From an uncultured Roseburia sp. (GTDB lineage: Bacteria > Bacillota > Clostridia > Lachnospirales > Lachnospiraceae), in NCBI GenBank assembly GCA_947383215.1, contig CANDCP010000002.1, positions 7,568 through 71,567 of the forward strand: DNA of 64,000 nucleotides, in the 5' to 3' direction. Positions 38,334-47,920 of this stretch are shown here, piece after piece. Numbering within the stretch: the first letter of the stretch is position 1; the number at the start of each line of letters is the position of its first letter. Position numbers and translations under genes: made by a program. Under the pieces are notes generated by a model. The model was not told the DNA's origin and did no database searches. It saw only the letters and a list, made by a program, of their open reading frames with translations.

Positions 38334-38441
38334 ATGATAAATTTTAACAACTCAAAAAGGAAGAGAGTCGTTGTGGGTGTGATAGCCGTGCTCCTTGTTG
38401 TCGTGATGTTGATACCATTGTTGGTTTCAGCATTCGCATAA
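38334..38441 (+). CDS. Small membrane protein (35 aa), not in the ORF track
   Basis: ggaggtg RBS 6 nt before the ATG. Translation: MINFNNSKRKRVVVGVIAVLLVVVMLIPLLVSAFA, a basic N-terminus followed by one TM helix. Confidence 0.4.
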   Translation: MINFNNSKRKRVVVGVIAVLLVVVMLIPLLVSAFA

Positions 38442-38519
38442 CGAAAGAAAATTACCTCCTGCACGTCATAATATACAGAAAAGTTGATTTTCTGTCAAAT
38501 ATATTAGTGGATATGCACC

Positions 38520-38547
38520 TTGAAAATCGGGATTTTTATGTTAAAAT
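38520..38547 (+). promoter_or_regulatory. Sigma-A-type promoter candidate upstream of the VanW gene
   Basis: ttgaaa - 16 nt - taaaat with an upstream tg (extended -10), about 55 nt before ATG 38602. Confidence 0.4.
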
Positions 38548-38601
38548 ATCAAATAAAAAGAAATTGGGCATTGCCCGCTAAAGGCAGGTAGGAGAAAATA
38601 T

Positions 38602-40260
38602 ATGAAGATATTTAAGAGGATTCTTCCGGTTGCGGCGGTTGCATTTGCGGTGATAGGAATTGCCGCGGTCACTCAGGCCGTAAGGGCGGAGGAGAATGAG
38701 GATGCAGTGATCCCTTCCAGAGTTTATGTCGGAGATATCGCAGTGGGGGGAATGACGCCGGAGGAGGCGCAGGCCGCAGTACAGACGGCGGTCGATGAGA
38801 AAATGGATGCGGAGTTTACGCTGAATGCCGGGGAAAATCACGTTACGGTCAGCGCAAGGGACCTGGGCGTTGACTGGGCGAACCGGAATGTGGTGGAGGA
38901 AGCGGTCAGTATCGGCAAAACCGGAAACCTGATCCAGCGCTATAAGGATATAAAAGATCTTGAGAAAGCGGATAAGATTTATGATATTTCTTATACCATC
39001 GATCACGATAAGACGTTAGCCTGGCTAAAGGAACATACCGGGGAGCTAAACCGTGAATCCGAGAATAACAGCTTAAAGCGTGAAGAAGGACAGTTTGTTT
39101 TTATAGAAGGCCATGAGGGCATTGAGATTGACGTAGACGCCTCGGCGGATAACATTGCGGCTTATTTTGAAGAGGATTGGAGCGGAGAAGACGGGACGAT
39201 ATCGTTGACGGCAAACGTGGTAGAGCCGGAAGGTTCCAGAGAACAGCTGGAGAAGATACAGGATGTTCTGGGCGCGTATTCTACGGATTTCAGCGATTCT
39301 TCGGCAGGGCGCGTGGCAAACGTATTGAATGCGGCGAGCCTTATAGACGGCACGGTGCTTTTCCCGGGAGAGGAGTTTTCCGTGTACGATGCGATCGGAC
39401 CGCTGGAGGCTTCCAACGGCTATGAGCTGGCAGGCGCATACGAGAACGGAACGACGGTGGAGTCTTACGGCGGCGGCGTATGTCAGGTGTCGACCACGCT
39501 GTACAATGCGGTGATTCGCGCGGAGCTTGAGATAACGGAGCGTTTTGCGCATTCTATGCTTGTTTCCTATGTGAAACCGTCGATGGATGCCGCGATCGCA
39601 GGAACCTATAAGAATTTGAAATTTAAGAATACGCTGGATACGCCGATTTATATTGAGGGCTATGCGGAGGGAAGAATCCTTCATTTTAATATATTCGGAG
39701 AAGAGACAAGGCCGGCCAACCGGACCGTAGAGTTTGAGAGCGAGACAGTCAGCGAGGAGGATCCGATTGTGAAGTTTGTCGCGACGGCGGATCCGATCGG
39801 AACAATCAACCAGACACAGTCGCCGCATATTGGTAAGTCGGCGAAATTGTGGAAGATTGTCCGCGTTGACGGCGAGGAGCAGAGCAGACAGGAATTTAAT
39901 TCCAGCAAGTATAATTCGTCGCCGCGTATTTTTTCCGTGGGAACGGCTTCGGCCAATCCGGATGCGGTTAACGCGATCAATGCCGCGATTGCAACGCAGG
40001 ACGAAGCGACAATCCGGGCGGCTGCCGCAGAGTGGAACGACGCAGCGATTGCAGCGAGAGAACAGCAGGCACAGCAGGCGGAGGGCGAGAAGCCTGAAGA
40101 TGAGGGGTCTGAAAAAAAGGATAAAAAAGATAAGTCGGATAAAAAGAACGATTCCGATAAGAAAGACGATTCCGACAAAAAGGATAATTCGGATAAAGAA
40201 GGCGGAGACGACGATTCGGGCGAGGATGACAGGCCGAAGGAGGACTCTCCGGAAGAATAA
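38602..40260 (+). CDS. VanW-family protein with a G5-like domain and a K/D/S-rich tail
   Basis: Signal/anchor, VanW core YGGGVCQVSTTLYNAV, a G5-like segment (KIVRVDGEEQSRQEFNSSKYNSSPRIFSVG) and the C-terminal tail SDKKNDSDKKDDSDKKDNSDKE. Confidence 0.85.
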   Translation: MKIFKRILPVAAVAFAVIGIAAVTQAVRAEENEDAVIPSRVYVGDIAVGGMTPEEAQAAVQTAVDEKMDAEFTLNAGENHVTVSARDLGVDWANRNVVEEAVSIGKTGNLIQRYKDIKDLEKADKIYDISYTIDHDKTLAWLKEHTGELNRESENNSLKREEGQFVFIEGHEGIEIDVDASADNIAAYFEEDWSGEDGTISLTANVVEPEGSREQLEKIQDVLGAYSTDFSDSSAGRVANVLNAASLIDGTVLFPGEEFSVYDAIGPLEASNGYELAGAYENGTTVESYGGGVCQVSTTLYNAVIRAELEITERFAHSMLVSYVKPSMDAAIAGTYKNLKFKNTLDTPIYIEGYAEGRILHFNIFGEETRPANRTVEFESETVSEEDPIVKFVATADPIGTINQTQSPHIGKSAKLWKIVRVDGEEQSRQEFNSSKYNSSPRIFSVGTASANPDAVNAINAAIATQDEATIRAAAAEWNDAAIAAREQQAQQAEGEKPEDEGSEKKDKKDKSDKKNDSDKKDDSDKKDNSDKEGGDDDSGEDDRPKEDSPEE

Positions 40261-40324
40261 GCATGTAGAAGGCTGTTTCAGGATTGAGACAGCCTTAAAC
40301 TGTAAGTATGGCAGGGATGGAAGA

Positions 40325-41308
40325 ATGAAAGTAGGAAAAGTACCGGAGAACGTTTTGAAGCGTTCCGTAATCAGGCAGTTACATACAAAAAGAAAAGAGG
40401 TTCTTGTGGGGGCTTCAGTTGGCGAGGATTGCGCAGCGATTGCGCTGGCGGAGGATGAAATGTTTGTAGTGTCGACAGATCCGATTACCGGAGCCGCGCA
40501 GGATATCGGAAAGCTGGCGATCATAATTACGACAAATGATTTGGCAAGCGCAGGAGCGGAGCCTGTCGGCGTTATGCTGACTCTGCTTTTGCCAAATGGG
40601 TTTGAGGAAGAAGAGTTAAAGGCGTTGATGCAGCAGATAGAGGCCGAGTGCGAGGCGGTTCATGTGCAGATTATAGGCGGCCATACGGAGGTCACGCGGG
40701 TTGTAAATCAGCCGGTTGTGAGCGTCTGCGGCGTCGGAAAGGTGAAAAAAGGAAAGCTCGTGACCACAGGCGGGGTAAAGCCCGATATGGATATTATCGT
40801 TACAAAATGGATTGCACTGGAGGGGACTTCTATTCTTGCAAAGGAAAAGGAGGCGCTGCTTCGCGAACGTTTTTCGGAGAAATTTCTGGAAAGCGCCAAA
40901 AGGTTTGACGCGTATTTGTCTGTGATGGACGAGGCCGCGGCCGCCGCGCGGTCCGGCGTTGGAGCGATGCACGATGTGACGGAGGGCGGTATATTTGGAG
41001 CGCTTTGGGAGATTGCGGAGGCTTCCGGCGTTGGACTGGAGATTGATATCAAGAAAATTCCCATCCGGCAGGAGACCGTGGAAATCTGTGAATTTTTCGA
41101 CGTAAATCCGTATGAATTGATATCCAGCGGCGCGATGCTGATGGCGGCGCAGAACGGCAATGCGCTGGTGCGCGAGATTGAAAAGCTGGGCATAAAGGCG
41201 ACGGTGATCGGAAAAGCGACGGCGGGCAATGACCGAGTGTTGTATCACGGAGATGAGAAGCGTTTTTTGGAGCCGCCGAAGACGGATGAATTGTATAAGG
41301 TTTTGTAG
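40325..41308 (+). CDS. AIR synthase-related (PurM/HypE/ThiL superfamily) protein
   Basis: The internal ATG (MKVGKVPENVL) lies after the VanW stop. Motifs VGEDCAAI, TTNDLASAGAEP and GGHTEV. Confidence 0.8.
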   Translation: MKVGKVPENVLKRSVIRQLHTKRKEVLVGASVGEDCAAIALAEDEMFVVSTDPITGAAQDIGKLAIIITTNDLASAGAEPVGVMLTLLLPNGFEEEELKALMQQIEAECEAVHVQIIGGHTEVTRVVNQPVVSVCGVGKVKKGKLVTTGGVKPDMDIIVTKWIALEGTSILAKEKEALLRERFSEKFLESAKRFDAYLSVMDEAAAAARSGVGAMHDVTEGGIFGALWEIAEASGVGLEIDIKKIPIRQETVEICEFFDVNPYELISSGAMLMAAQNGNALVREIEKLGIKATVIGKATAGNDRVLYHGDEKRFLEPPKTDELYKVL

Positions 41309-41354
41309 AGAATCTGTTGGAGCAGGAGTTTGTGATAAGAGAAGGAGAGCGAAT

Positions 41355-41837
41355 ATGCGTGAAAAAATTTTGACATTCATTGAAAAGAACAGCAGAATTG
41401 ATATAAAAGAGCTGGCGATTGTCCTCGGAGTGGACGAAGCCGCGGTGAAAAAAGAGTTGGCGGCGATGGAACAAGAGAATATTATCTGCGGATATCACAC
41501 GTTGATCAACTGGGATAAGGTTGAGGTAGAAAAAGTAACGGCGTTGATTGAAGTTCGCGTGACGCCTCAGCGGGGAATGGGATTTGACAAGGTCGCTGAG
41601 CGGATCTATAACTATCCGGAAGTAAATTCTGTCTATCTGATTTCCGGCAGTTACGATTTGATGGTAACGCTGGAGGGAAGAACGCTGCGCGAGGTTTCGC
41701 AGTTTGTCTCGGATAAGCTTTCCGCGCTTGAGTATGTTTTGAGCACGAAGACAAATTTTATTTTGAAGAAGTATAAGGATCACGGCACAATAATGGCTGA
41801 ACCGGCAAAGGATGAAAGGATGTTGATGACACCATGA
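41355..41837 (+). CDS. Lrp/AsnC-family transcriptional regulator
   Basis: RBS aaggagag. HTH EKNSRIDIKELAIVLGVDEAAVKKEL plus a C-terminal RAM-like domain. ATGA overlap with the downstream aminotransferase. Confidence 0.85.
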   Translation: MREKILTFIEKNSRIDIKELAIVLGVDEAAVKKELAAMEQENIICGYHTLINWDKVEVEKVTALIEVRVTPQRGMGFDKVAERIYNYPEVNSVYLISGSYDLMVTLEGRTLREVSQFVSDKLSALEYVLSTKTNFILKKYKDHGTIMAEPAKDERMLMTP

Positions 41838-43003
41838 GAAACCCACTATCAAAAACAATTGTAACCATTGAACCTTCCGGTATCCGCAAGTTTTTTGATA
41901 TTGTCAGTGAAATGAAGGATGCGATTTCTCTTGGCGTGGGCGAGCCGGATTTTGATACGCCCTGGCATATTCGGGATGAGGGTATTTATTCGCTGGAGAA
42001 GGGACGGACGTTCTATACCTCTAACGCCGGCTTGAAGGAGTTGAAGGTAGAGATTGCCGCCTATTTGAAGCGCCATTATGATTTGACGTATGATTTTAAT
42101 CATGAGATTCTTGTGACGGTGGGCGGCAGCGAGGCGATCGACATTGCGATGCGCGCCATGTTAGATCCGGGGGACGAGGTGTTGATCCCGCAGCCAAGCT
42201 ATGTTTCTTATCTGCCCTGCGCCGTGCTTGCAAACGGAACGCCCGTGGTGATTGAATTAAAGGAAGAGAATGAGTTTCGTCTTACAAAAGAGGAGCTGGA
42301 GGCCGCGATTACGCCGAGGACAAAGCTTTTGGTACTGCCGTTTCCGAACAATCCGACCGGGGCGATTATGGAGCGGAAGGATTTGGAAGCGATTGCGGAA
42401 GTGATTAAGGCGCATGATTTGTATGTACTCAGCGATGAAATTTATTCGGCGCTTACTTATCAGGAGGATCACGTATCGATTGCGTCGCTTCCGGGCATGT
42501 GGGAGAGAACGATTGTGATTAACGGGTTTTCAAAGTCGCATGCCATGACGGGCTGGCGTCTTGGGTATGCCTGTGGGCCGCGGATTGTTTTGGAGCAGAT
42601 GTTGAAAATCCATCAGTTTGCTATAATGTGCGCGCCGACTACTTCGCAGTATGCGGCTGTGGATGCGCTGCGGTGCGGGGATGAAGATGTAAAGCAGATG
42701 CGTGAGGAGTATAACGGCAGGAGAAGATATCTGCTGCATCGCTTTCGCGAGATGGGTCTGCAATGTTTTGAACCTTACGGCGCGTTTTATGTATTTCCCT
42801 GTATCAAGGAGTTTGGCATGACGTCGGAAGACTTTGCGACGGAATTGCTGAACGCAGAGCGGGTGGCGGTTGTGCCGGGCACGGCGTTCGGCGGCTGCGG
42901 GGAAGGGTTCTTGAGAATTTCTTACGCATATTCGCTTGAGAATTTAAAAGAAGCGCTGGATCGTATGGAGCGCTTTATTACAAAGCTGCGGGAAAATAAG
43001 TAA
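41834..43003 (+). CDS. Class I/II PLP-dependent aminotransferase
   Basis: PLP-lysine box NGFSKSHAMTGWRLGY. The Lrp + aminotransferase pairing resembles B. subtilis alaR-alaT (analogy only). Confidence 0.9.
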   Translation: MRNPLSKTIVTIEPSGIRKFFDIVSEMKDAISLGVGEPDFDTPWHIRDEGIYSLEKGRTFYTSNAGLKELKVEIAAYLKRHYDLTYDFNHEILVTVGGSEAIDIAMRAMLDPGDEVLIPQPSYVSYLPCAVLANGTPVVIELKEENEFRLTKEELEAAITPRTKLLVLPFPNNPTGAIMERKDLEAIAEVIKAHDLYVLSDEIYSALTYQEDHVSIASLPGMWERTIVINGFSKSHAMTGWRLGYACGPRIVLEQMLKIHQFAIMCAPTTSQYAAVDALRCGDEDVKQMREEYNGRRRYLLHRFREMGLQCFEPYGAFYVFPCIKEFGMTSEDFATELLNAERVAVVPGTAFGGCGEGFLRISYAYSLENLKEALDRMERFITKLRENK

Positions 43004-43028
43004 TCGCGACGGCGTCGGAGGTACGGAT

Positions 43029-43535
43029 ATGGCGAAGCTGAATATTGTATTGTTTGAGCCGGAAATTCCGGCGAACACCGGAAATATCGGAAGGACCTGC
43101 GTGGCCACGGGAACCAGGCTGCATTTGATAGAACCTTTGGGATTTCAGTTAAATGAAAAAGCGATCCGGCGGGCAGGTATGGATTATTGGAAAGAGCTTG
43201 ACGTAACAACTTATATCGATTACGAGGATTTTCTTGCAAGAAATCCGCACGCAAAAATTTATATGGCTACGACGAAAGGGCGCCAGGTATATTCCGATGT
43301 CTCCTACGAGCCGGACTGTTACCTTATGTTTGGGAAGGAGAGCGCCGGGATTCCCGAAGAAATTCTGGCGAAACACGAACAAAGCTGTGTGAGGATTCCG
43401 ATGATGGGGGAGACCCGCTCTCTTAATTTGTCCAATTCCGTGGCAATTGTGTTATATGAAGCGCTGCGCCAGAATCGTTTCGACCACATGAAGCTTGAGG
43501 GAGAGCTGCACCGTTTACAATGGCACGCGGAGTGA
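43029..43535 (+). CDS. trmL: tRNA (cytidine/uridine-2'-O-)-methyltransferase TrmL (SpoU family)
   Basis: NIVLFEPEIPANTGNIGRTC, MFGKESAGIPEE and RSLNLSNSVAIVLYEALRQ. Confidence 0.85.
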   Translation: MAKLNIVLFEPEIPANTGNIGRTCVATGTRLHLIEPLGFQLNEKAIRRAGMDYWKELDVTTYIDYEDFLARNPHAKIYMATTKGRQVYSDVSYEPDCYLMFGKESAGIPEEILAKHEQSCVRIPMMGETRSLNLSNSVAIVLYEALRQNRFDHMKLEGELHRLQWHAE

Positions 43536-43545
43536 AAGGAACGGT

Positions 43546-44406
43546 ATGGGAATAATCAAGGCAAGAAAGTTAGTGCATGAGTATATCAGAAGAGATGAAG
43601 AAGGCAATGTGGAAGCAATTCAGACGGCGCTCGATCAGGTAGATCTTGATGTAGAGCAGGGAGAATTTATCGCTATTTTAGGCCATAACGGTTCCGGAAA
43701 ATCGACGCTGGCAAAGCATATAAACGCAATTTTAGAGCTGGAGGAGGGAAGCCTTTGGGTCGACGGATATGATGTCTCCGATGATACAAATATTTGGAAC
43801 GTGCGTCAGAGCGCCGGGATGGTATTCCAGAATCCGGACAATCAGATAATTGCGAGCGTAGTGGAGGAGGATGTCGGGTTTGGACCGGAGAATATCGGCG
43901 TGCCGACGGATGAGATCTGGCAGCGGGTTGAAAATAGCCTGAGATCTGTCGGGATGCTAAAGTATCGCGCGCATTCCCCGAATAAGCTTTCCGGCGGACA
44001 GAAACAGAGAGTCGCGATTGCCGGCGTTTTGGCAATGCAGCCGAAGTGCATCGTATTGGACGAGCCGACGGCGATGCTGGATCCGAACGGGAGAAAAGAG
44101 GTTTTAAAAGCTGTCCATGAGCTAAACAGAGAAAAAGGCGTTACGATTCTGTTGATCACGCATTACATGGAGGAGGTAACGGGGGCCGACCGCGTCTATG
44201 TAATGGACCGGGGGCGTGTGGTTATGCAGGGGACGCCGCGCGAAGTTTTTTCAAAAGTTGAAGAGTTGAAAAAGCTTCGCCTTGACGTGCCGCAGATTAC
44301 TCTGCTGGCTCATGAGCTTAGACAGGAGGGGCTTGCGATTCCCCAGGGCGTGCTGACGCAGGAGGAATTGACGGAGGCGATTGAACAGATATGTCGATCA
44401 TTTTAG
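43546..44406 (+). CDS. ecfA1: Energy-coupling factor transporter ATPase EcfA1
   Basis: Walker A GHNGSGKST, signature LSGGQKQRVAIAGVLA, Walker B LDEPTAMLD. Conserved position upstream of ecfA2-ecfT. Confidence 0.9.
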   Translation: MGIIKARKLVHEYIRRDEEGNVEAIQTALDQVDLDVEQGEFIAILGHNGSGKSTLAKHINAILELEEGSLWVDGYDVSDDTNIWNVRQSAGMVFQNPDNQIIASVVEEDVGFGPENIGVPTDEIWQRVENSLRSVGMLKYRAHSPNKLSGGQKQRVAIAGVLAMQPKCIVLDEPTAMLDPNGRKEVLKAVHELNREKGVTILLITHYMEEVTGADRVYVMDRGRVVMQGTPREVFSKVEELKKLRLDVPQITLLAHELRQEGLAIPQGVLTQEELTEAIEQICRSF

Positions 44407-45251
44407 ATAAGGTAAATTATGTATACGGCGCGGGGACGGCATACGAGGCGCAGGCGCTAAAGAACGTCAGCCTGAAGATTGAGGACGGAGAGTTTATCGG
44501 GCTGATCGGTCACACGGGCTCCGGAAAATCCACTCTGATTCAGCATCTGAACGGTTTGATAAGGGCCGCGTCGGGGGGGATCTACTATAACGGTGAAGAT
44601 ATTTACGACAGAGACTATGATATGCGCGGACTGCGGAGTAAAGTGGGACTTGTTTTTCAGTATCCGGAGCACCAGCTGTTTGAGACGACGATTTTTGAGG
44701 ATGTCTGCTTTGGTCCGCTTAATCAGGGGCTTTCCAAAAAGGAAGCCGGAGTTCGGGCGTTTGAAGCGCTAAATTGCGTGGGGATTCCGGAAGAATTGTA
44801 TTACCAGTCGCCGTTTGATCTCTCCGGGGGACAGAAACGCCGCGTGGCGATTGCCGGTGTGCTGGCAATGAAGCCGGAGGTGCTTATCCTGGACGAGCCG
44901 ACGGCAGGGCTTGACCCGGGGGGGCGGGATGAAATTCTTGATCAGATTGCAAAAATGCACAGGGAGCAGGGAATTACCGTTTTGCTTGTATCTCACTGTA
45001 TGGAGGATATTGCGAAGTATGTGGGCCGCATTATTGTGATGAATCAGGGGGAAGTGCTGTTTGACGGCGCGCCCGAAAAAGTGTTTGAGCATTACAGGGA
45101 ATTGGAAGCCATTGGGCTTGGGGCGCCTTCGGTTACGAATTTTCTGCATGGTCTTTTGGAGCGGGGACTGCCGGTAAACGCCAGGGCGATAACGGTGGAG
45201 GCGGCGAAACACGAAATTCTTGAGATGATTGCAGAGAGAAAAAGACGTTAG
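44391..45251 (+). CDS. ecfA2: Energy-coupling factor transporter ATPase EcfA2
   Basis: Walker A GHTGSGKST, signature LSGGQKRRVAIAGVLA, Walker B LDEPTAGLD. Confidence 0.9.
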   Translation: MSIILDKVNYVYGAGTAYEAQALKNVSLKIEDGEFIGLIGHTGSGKSTLIQHLNGLIRAASGGIYYNGEDIYDRDYDMRGLRSKVGLVFQYPEHQLFETTIFEDVCFGPLNQGLSKKEAGVRAFEALNCVGIPEELYYQSPFDLSGGQKRRVAIAGVLAMKPEVLILDEPTAGLDPGGRDEILDQIAKMHREQGITVLLVSHCMEDIAKYVGRIIVMNQGEVLFDGAPEKVFEHYRELEAIGLGAPSVTNFLHGLLERGLPVNARAITVEAAKHEILEMIAERKRR

Positions 45252-45311
45252 TTCCGGATGACGCTATGCCTTTCGGGCGGAGTGGGCAAGGGAAAGAGAA
45301 CAGGTAAAAGC

Positions 45312-46139
45312 ATGATTAGAGATATTACGATAGGGCAGTATTATCCAGGGGATTCGCCGATTCACAGACTGGATCCGAGGGTTAAGCTGTTTGGGACGCT
45401 GATTTATATTATATCGCTGTTTATATTTAAAGGGGTTGCGGCATTTGTTCTTGCCGCAATCTTTCTTGTGGCGGCTATAAAACTTTCGGGAGTTCCGTTT
45501 TTCTACATGGTGAAGGGATTAAAAGCAATTGTTGTTTTGATGGTGATTACGGGATTGTTTCATCTGTTTTTTACGCAGGGAACGCCTCTGGTATCTTTTG
45601 GGGCGCTTACCGTTACCCGCGAAGGGCTTAAAAATGCGGCGTTGATGCTGGTCCGCCTTGCGCTTTTGATTATCGGAACGTCGCTTATGACATTGACGAC
45701 AACTCCGAACCAGCTCACAGACGGTTTGGAAAAGTCGCTTGCGCCTCTTTCAAAGATAGGTATTCCTGTGCATGAAATTGCAATGATGATGTCGATTGCG
45801 CTGCGTTTTATTCCTATACTGATAGAGGAGACGGATAAAATTATGAAAGCGCAGGCGGCGAGAGGCGCGGATTTTGAGAGCGGGAATATTTTCAGGAAGG
45901 TGAAGGCAATGATACCGCTTCTGATACCGCTTTTCGTCTCTGCGTTCCGCCGTGCAAACGATCTCGCGCTGGCGATGGAGGCGCGCTGTTACAGAGGCGG
46001 GGCGGGGCGGACAAAGATGAAGCCGCTGTGTTATCGAAAATGCGACTATGCCGCTTACGCAGTTCTTTTTTTGTACCTTGCGTCTATGATTGCGCTGCGC
46101 TTTGTGTGGATACGCATGTCCGTGTTTTTGGAATGGTGA
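45312..46139 (+). CDS. ecfT: Energy-coupling factor transporter transmembrane protein EcfT
   Basis: Internal ATG (MIRDITIGQY). Multi-TM protein with the coupling-helix Ala-Arg-Gly motif (KAQAARGADF). Confidence 0.9.
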   Translation: MIRDITIGQYYPGDSPIHRLDPRVKLFGTLIYIISLFIFKGVAAFVLAAIFLVAAIKLSGVPFFYMVKGLKAIVVLMVITGLFHLFFTQGTPLVSFGALTVTREGLKNAALMLVRLALLIIGTSLMTLTTTPNQLTDGLEKSLAPLSKIGIPVHEIAMMMSIALRFIPILIEETDKIMKAQAARGADFESGNIFRKVKAMIPLLIPLFVSAFRRANDLALAMEARCYRGGAGRTKMKPLCYRKCDYAAYAVLFLYLASMIALRFVWIRMSVFLEW

Positions 46140-46145
46140 TTTGAG

Positions 46146-46889
46146 ATGACGAGAAGAATTATGCTGACCGTTGCCTATGAGGGGACGAATTACTGCGGCT
46201 GGCAGGTTCAGCCGAACGGAAGAACAATTGAAGCTGTATTGAATGAAGCTCTGACGGGGCTTTTGGGGGAACCGATTACGGTGATCGGAGCCAGCAGGAC
46301 AGATTCCGGCGTTCATTCGCTGGGCAACGTAGCGGTGTTTGATACAGAGGCAAGAATCGAGGCAGAAAAGATTTCGTACGCGCTGAATCAGCGTCTGCCG
46401 GAGGATATTGTAATTCAGGATTCAAAGGAAGTCGAGAGGGATTTTCATCCGCGGCGTTGCAGCAGCGTAAAAACTTATGAATACCGGATTTTAAACCGCA
46501 GGTTTCCGCTGCCGATGCGCCGGCGCGATACGTATTTTTATTACCGCCCTCTTGACGTGGAGAAAATGCGGCAGGCGGCCGGATATCTGATCGGCGAACA
46601 TGATTTCAGGAGCTTTTGCGCTCCGGCTACCGCGGCCGTAACTACGGTGCGGACGGTCTATGCGCTTACCGTGGAGAAAGAGGGGGAGCTAATCACGATT
46701 CGTGTGAGCGGAAGCGGCTTTTTGTATAATATGGTGCGCATTATCGCGGGCACCTTGATTCAGGTGGGTTCAGGGGCCAAAGAGCCGAAGGAAGTGGAAG
46801 AGATGCTAACGGCCCGCGACAGAAGCGCGGCGGGACCGACGGCGCCGGCGCATGGACTGACGATGATCGGGATAAAGTTTGATTTTTAG
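46146..46889 (+). CDS. truA: tRNA pseudouridine(38-40) synthase TruA
   Basis: Catalytic box GASRTDSGVHSLGNV. Canonical position between ecfT and rplM. Confidence 0.9.
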   Translation: MTRRIMLTVAYEGTNYCGWQVQPNGRTIEAVLNEALTGLLGEPITVIGASRTDSGVHSLGNVAVFDTEARIEAEKISYALNQRLPEDIVIQDSKEVERDFHPRRCSSVKTYEYRILNRRFPLPMRRRDTYFYYRPLDVEKMRQAAGYLIGEHDFRSFCAPATAAVTTVRTVYALTVEKEGELITIRVSGSGFLYNMVRIIAGTLIQVGSGAKEPKEVEEMLTARDRSAAGPTAPAHGLTMIGIKFDF

Positions 46890-46910
46890 GCTGCAATTAA
46901 AAGAAAGTGA

Positions 46911-46939
46911 TTGACACGCGCGGGGACGTGTACTATAAT
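46911..46939 (+). promoter_or_regulatory. Consensus sigma-A promoter for rplM-rpsI
   Basis: TTGACA (46911-46916), a 17-nt spacer, then TATAAT (46934-46939). This leaves a leader of about 140 nt before ATG 47085. Confidence 0.65.
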
Positions 46940-47084
46940 ATCTAAGTCTGACATAGTATAGAAATATCAAGCCAAAGCCCCGGATTGATATTTTGACTAT
47001 AAACAAATGGTAAGGCATAAGCTGATGCGGCCGGTACATCCGCATGGAAGGAGAGCCTTGGCAGAATATCAAGGAGGAAGACTG

Positions 47085-47513
47085 ATGAAAACTTTTATGG
47101 CTAGTCCTGCTACGATTGAAAGAAAATGGTACGTAGTGGACGCTGACGGTATGACATTAGGACGTTTGGCATCTGAGATTGCTAAAGTATTGAGAGGAAA
47201 GAATAAACCGATATTTACACCGCATATGGATACAGGCGATTATGTAATTGTTGTAAATGCCGAGAAGATTCAGGTAAGCGGTAAGAAGTTAGATCAAAAA
47301 ATGTATTATCGTCATTCTGAATACGTTGGTGGGTTAAAAGAGACCACACTGAGACAAATGTTAGCAAAACATCCTGAGAGAGTAATTGAGTATGCAGTTA
47401 AGGGAATGCTTCCAAAGGGACCGCTGGGAAGACAGATGTATAAGAAGTTGTTCGTTTATGCAGGACCGGAACATAAGCATGCGGCACAGAAGCCGGAAGT
47501 TTTGGCATTTTAA
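47085..47513 (+). CDS. rplM: 50S ribosomal protein L13
   Basis: ATG with an aggagg [23 protein letters not shown]... is typical of L13. Confidence 0.95.
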   Translation: MKTFMASPATIERKWYVVDADGMTLGRLASEIAKVLRGKNKPIFTPHMDTGDYVIVVNAEKIQVSGKKLDQKMYYRHSEYVGGLKETTLRQMLAKHPERVIEYAVKGMLPKGPLGRQMYKKLFVYAGPEHKHAAQKPEVLAF

Positions 47514-47527
47514 GGAGGGAAATAACA

Positions 47528-47920
47528 TTGGCTAATACAAAGTATTACGGAACGGGAAGAAGAAAGTCATCTGTTGCCAGAGTATATTTAGCGCCGGGTA
47601 CAGGTAAGATTACGATAAATAAGAGAGATATTGACGATTATTTTGGTTTGGAGACATTGAAGGTGATTGTTCGCCAGCCATTGGCAGCGACGGAGACAGC
47701 CGACAAGTTTGACATTTTGGTAAATGTAAAGGGCGGCGGCTATACAGGACAGGCAGGCGCAATCAGACACGGAATTGCAAGAGCGCTGCTCACGGTTGAC
47801 GCTGATTACAGACCAACGCTCAAGTCCAAAGGTTTCCTGACAAGGGATCCGCGTATGAAAGAGAGAAAGAAATACGGCCTCAAGGCAGCCCGCCGTGCGC
47901 CGCAGTTCTCCAAGAGATAA
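47528..47920 (+). CDS. rpsI: 30S ribosomal protein S9
   Basis: TTG start as given in the ORF track. [19 protein letters not shown] and the C-terminal ...RAPQFSKR are typical of S9. Confidence 0.95.
   Translation: MANTKYYGTGRRKSSVARVYLAPGTGKITINKRDIDDYFGLETLKVIVRQPLAATETADKFDILVNVKGGGYTGQAGAIRHGIARALLTVDADYRPTLKSKGFLTRDPRMKERKKYGLKAARRAPQFSKR

Noticed and set aside
40270-40295. A 10-bp hairpin (aggctgtttc aggatt gagacagcct) just after the VanW stop.
   Set aside because: No U-tract follows it and the next gene starts 30 nt later. It may merely stabilise the mRNA, so I am not confident it is a terminator.
39776-40324. The upstream 183 codons of track ORF 39776-41308, overlapping the VanW gene in another frame.
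   Set aside because: The translation is Arg-rich nonsense overlapping a well-supported gene. A good internal ATG (40325, MKVGKVPENVL) lies just after the VanW stop and begins the recognisable PurM-like domain.
39073-40524. A 483-aa ORF on the minus strand, antisense to the VanW and AIR-synthase-like genes. Similar long antisense ORFs occur at 40616-41380, 41049-41858, 36252-36908, 45750-46316, 52566-53324, 4933-5463 and 61249-61770.
   Set aside because: All lie opposite genes with clear family motifs. They have Arg/Ser/Pro-rich low-complexity translations and no RBS. They are the shadow frames expected opposite GC3-biased coding sequence.
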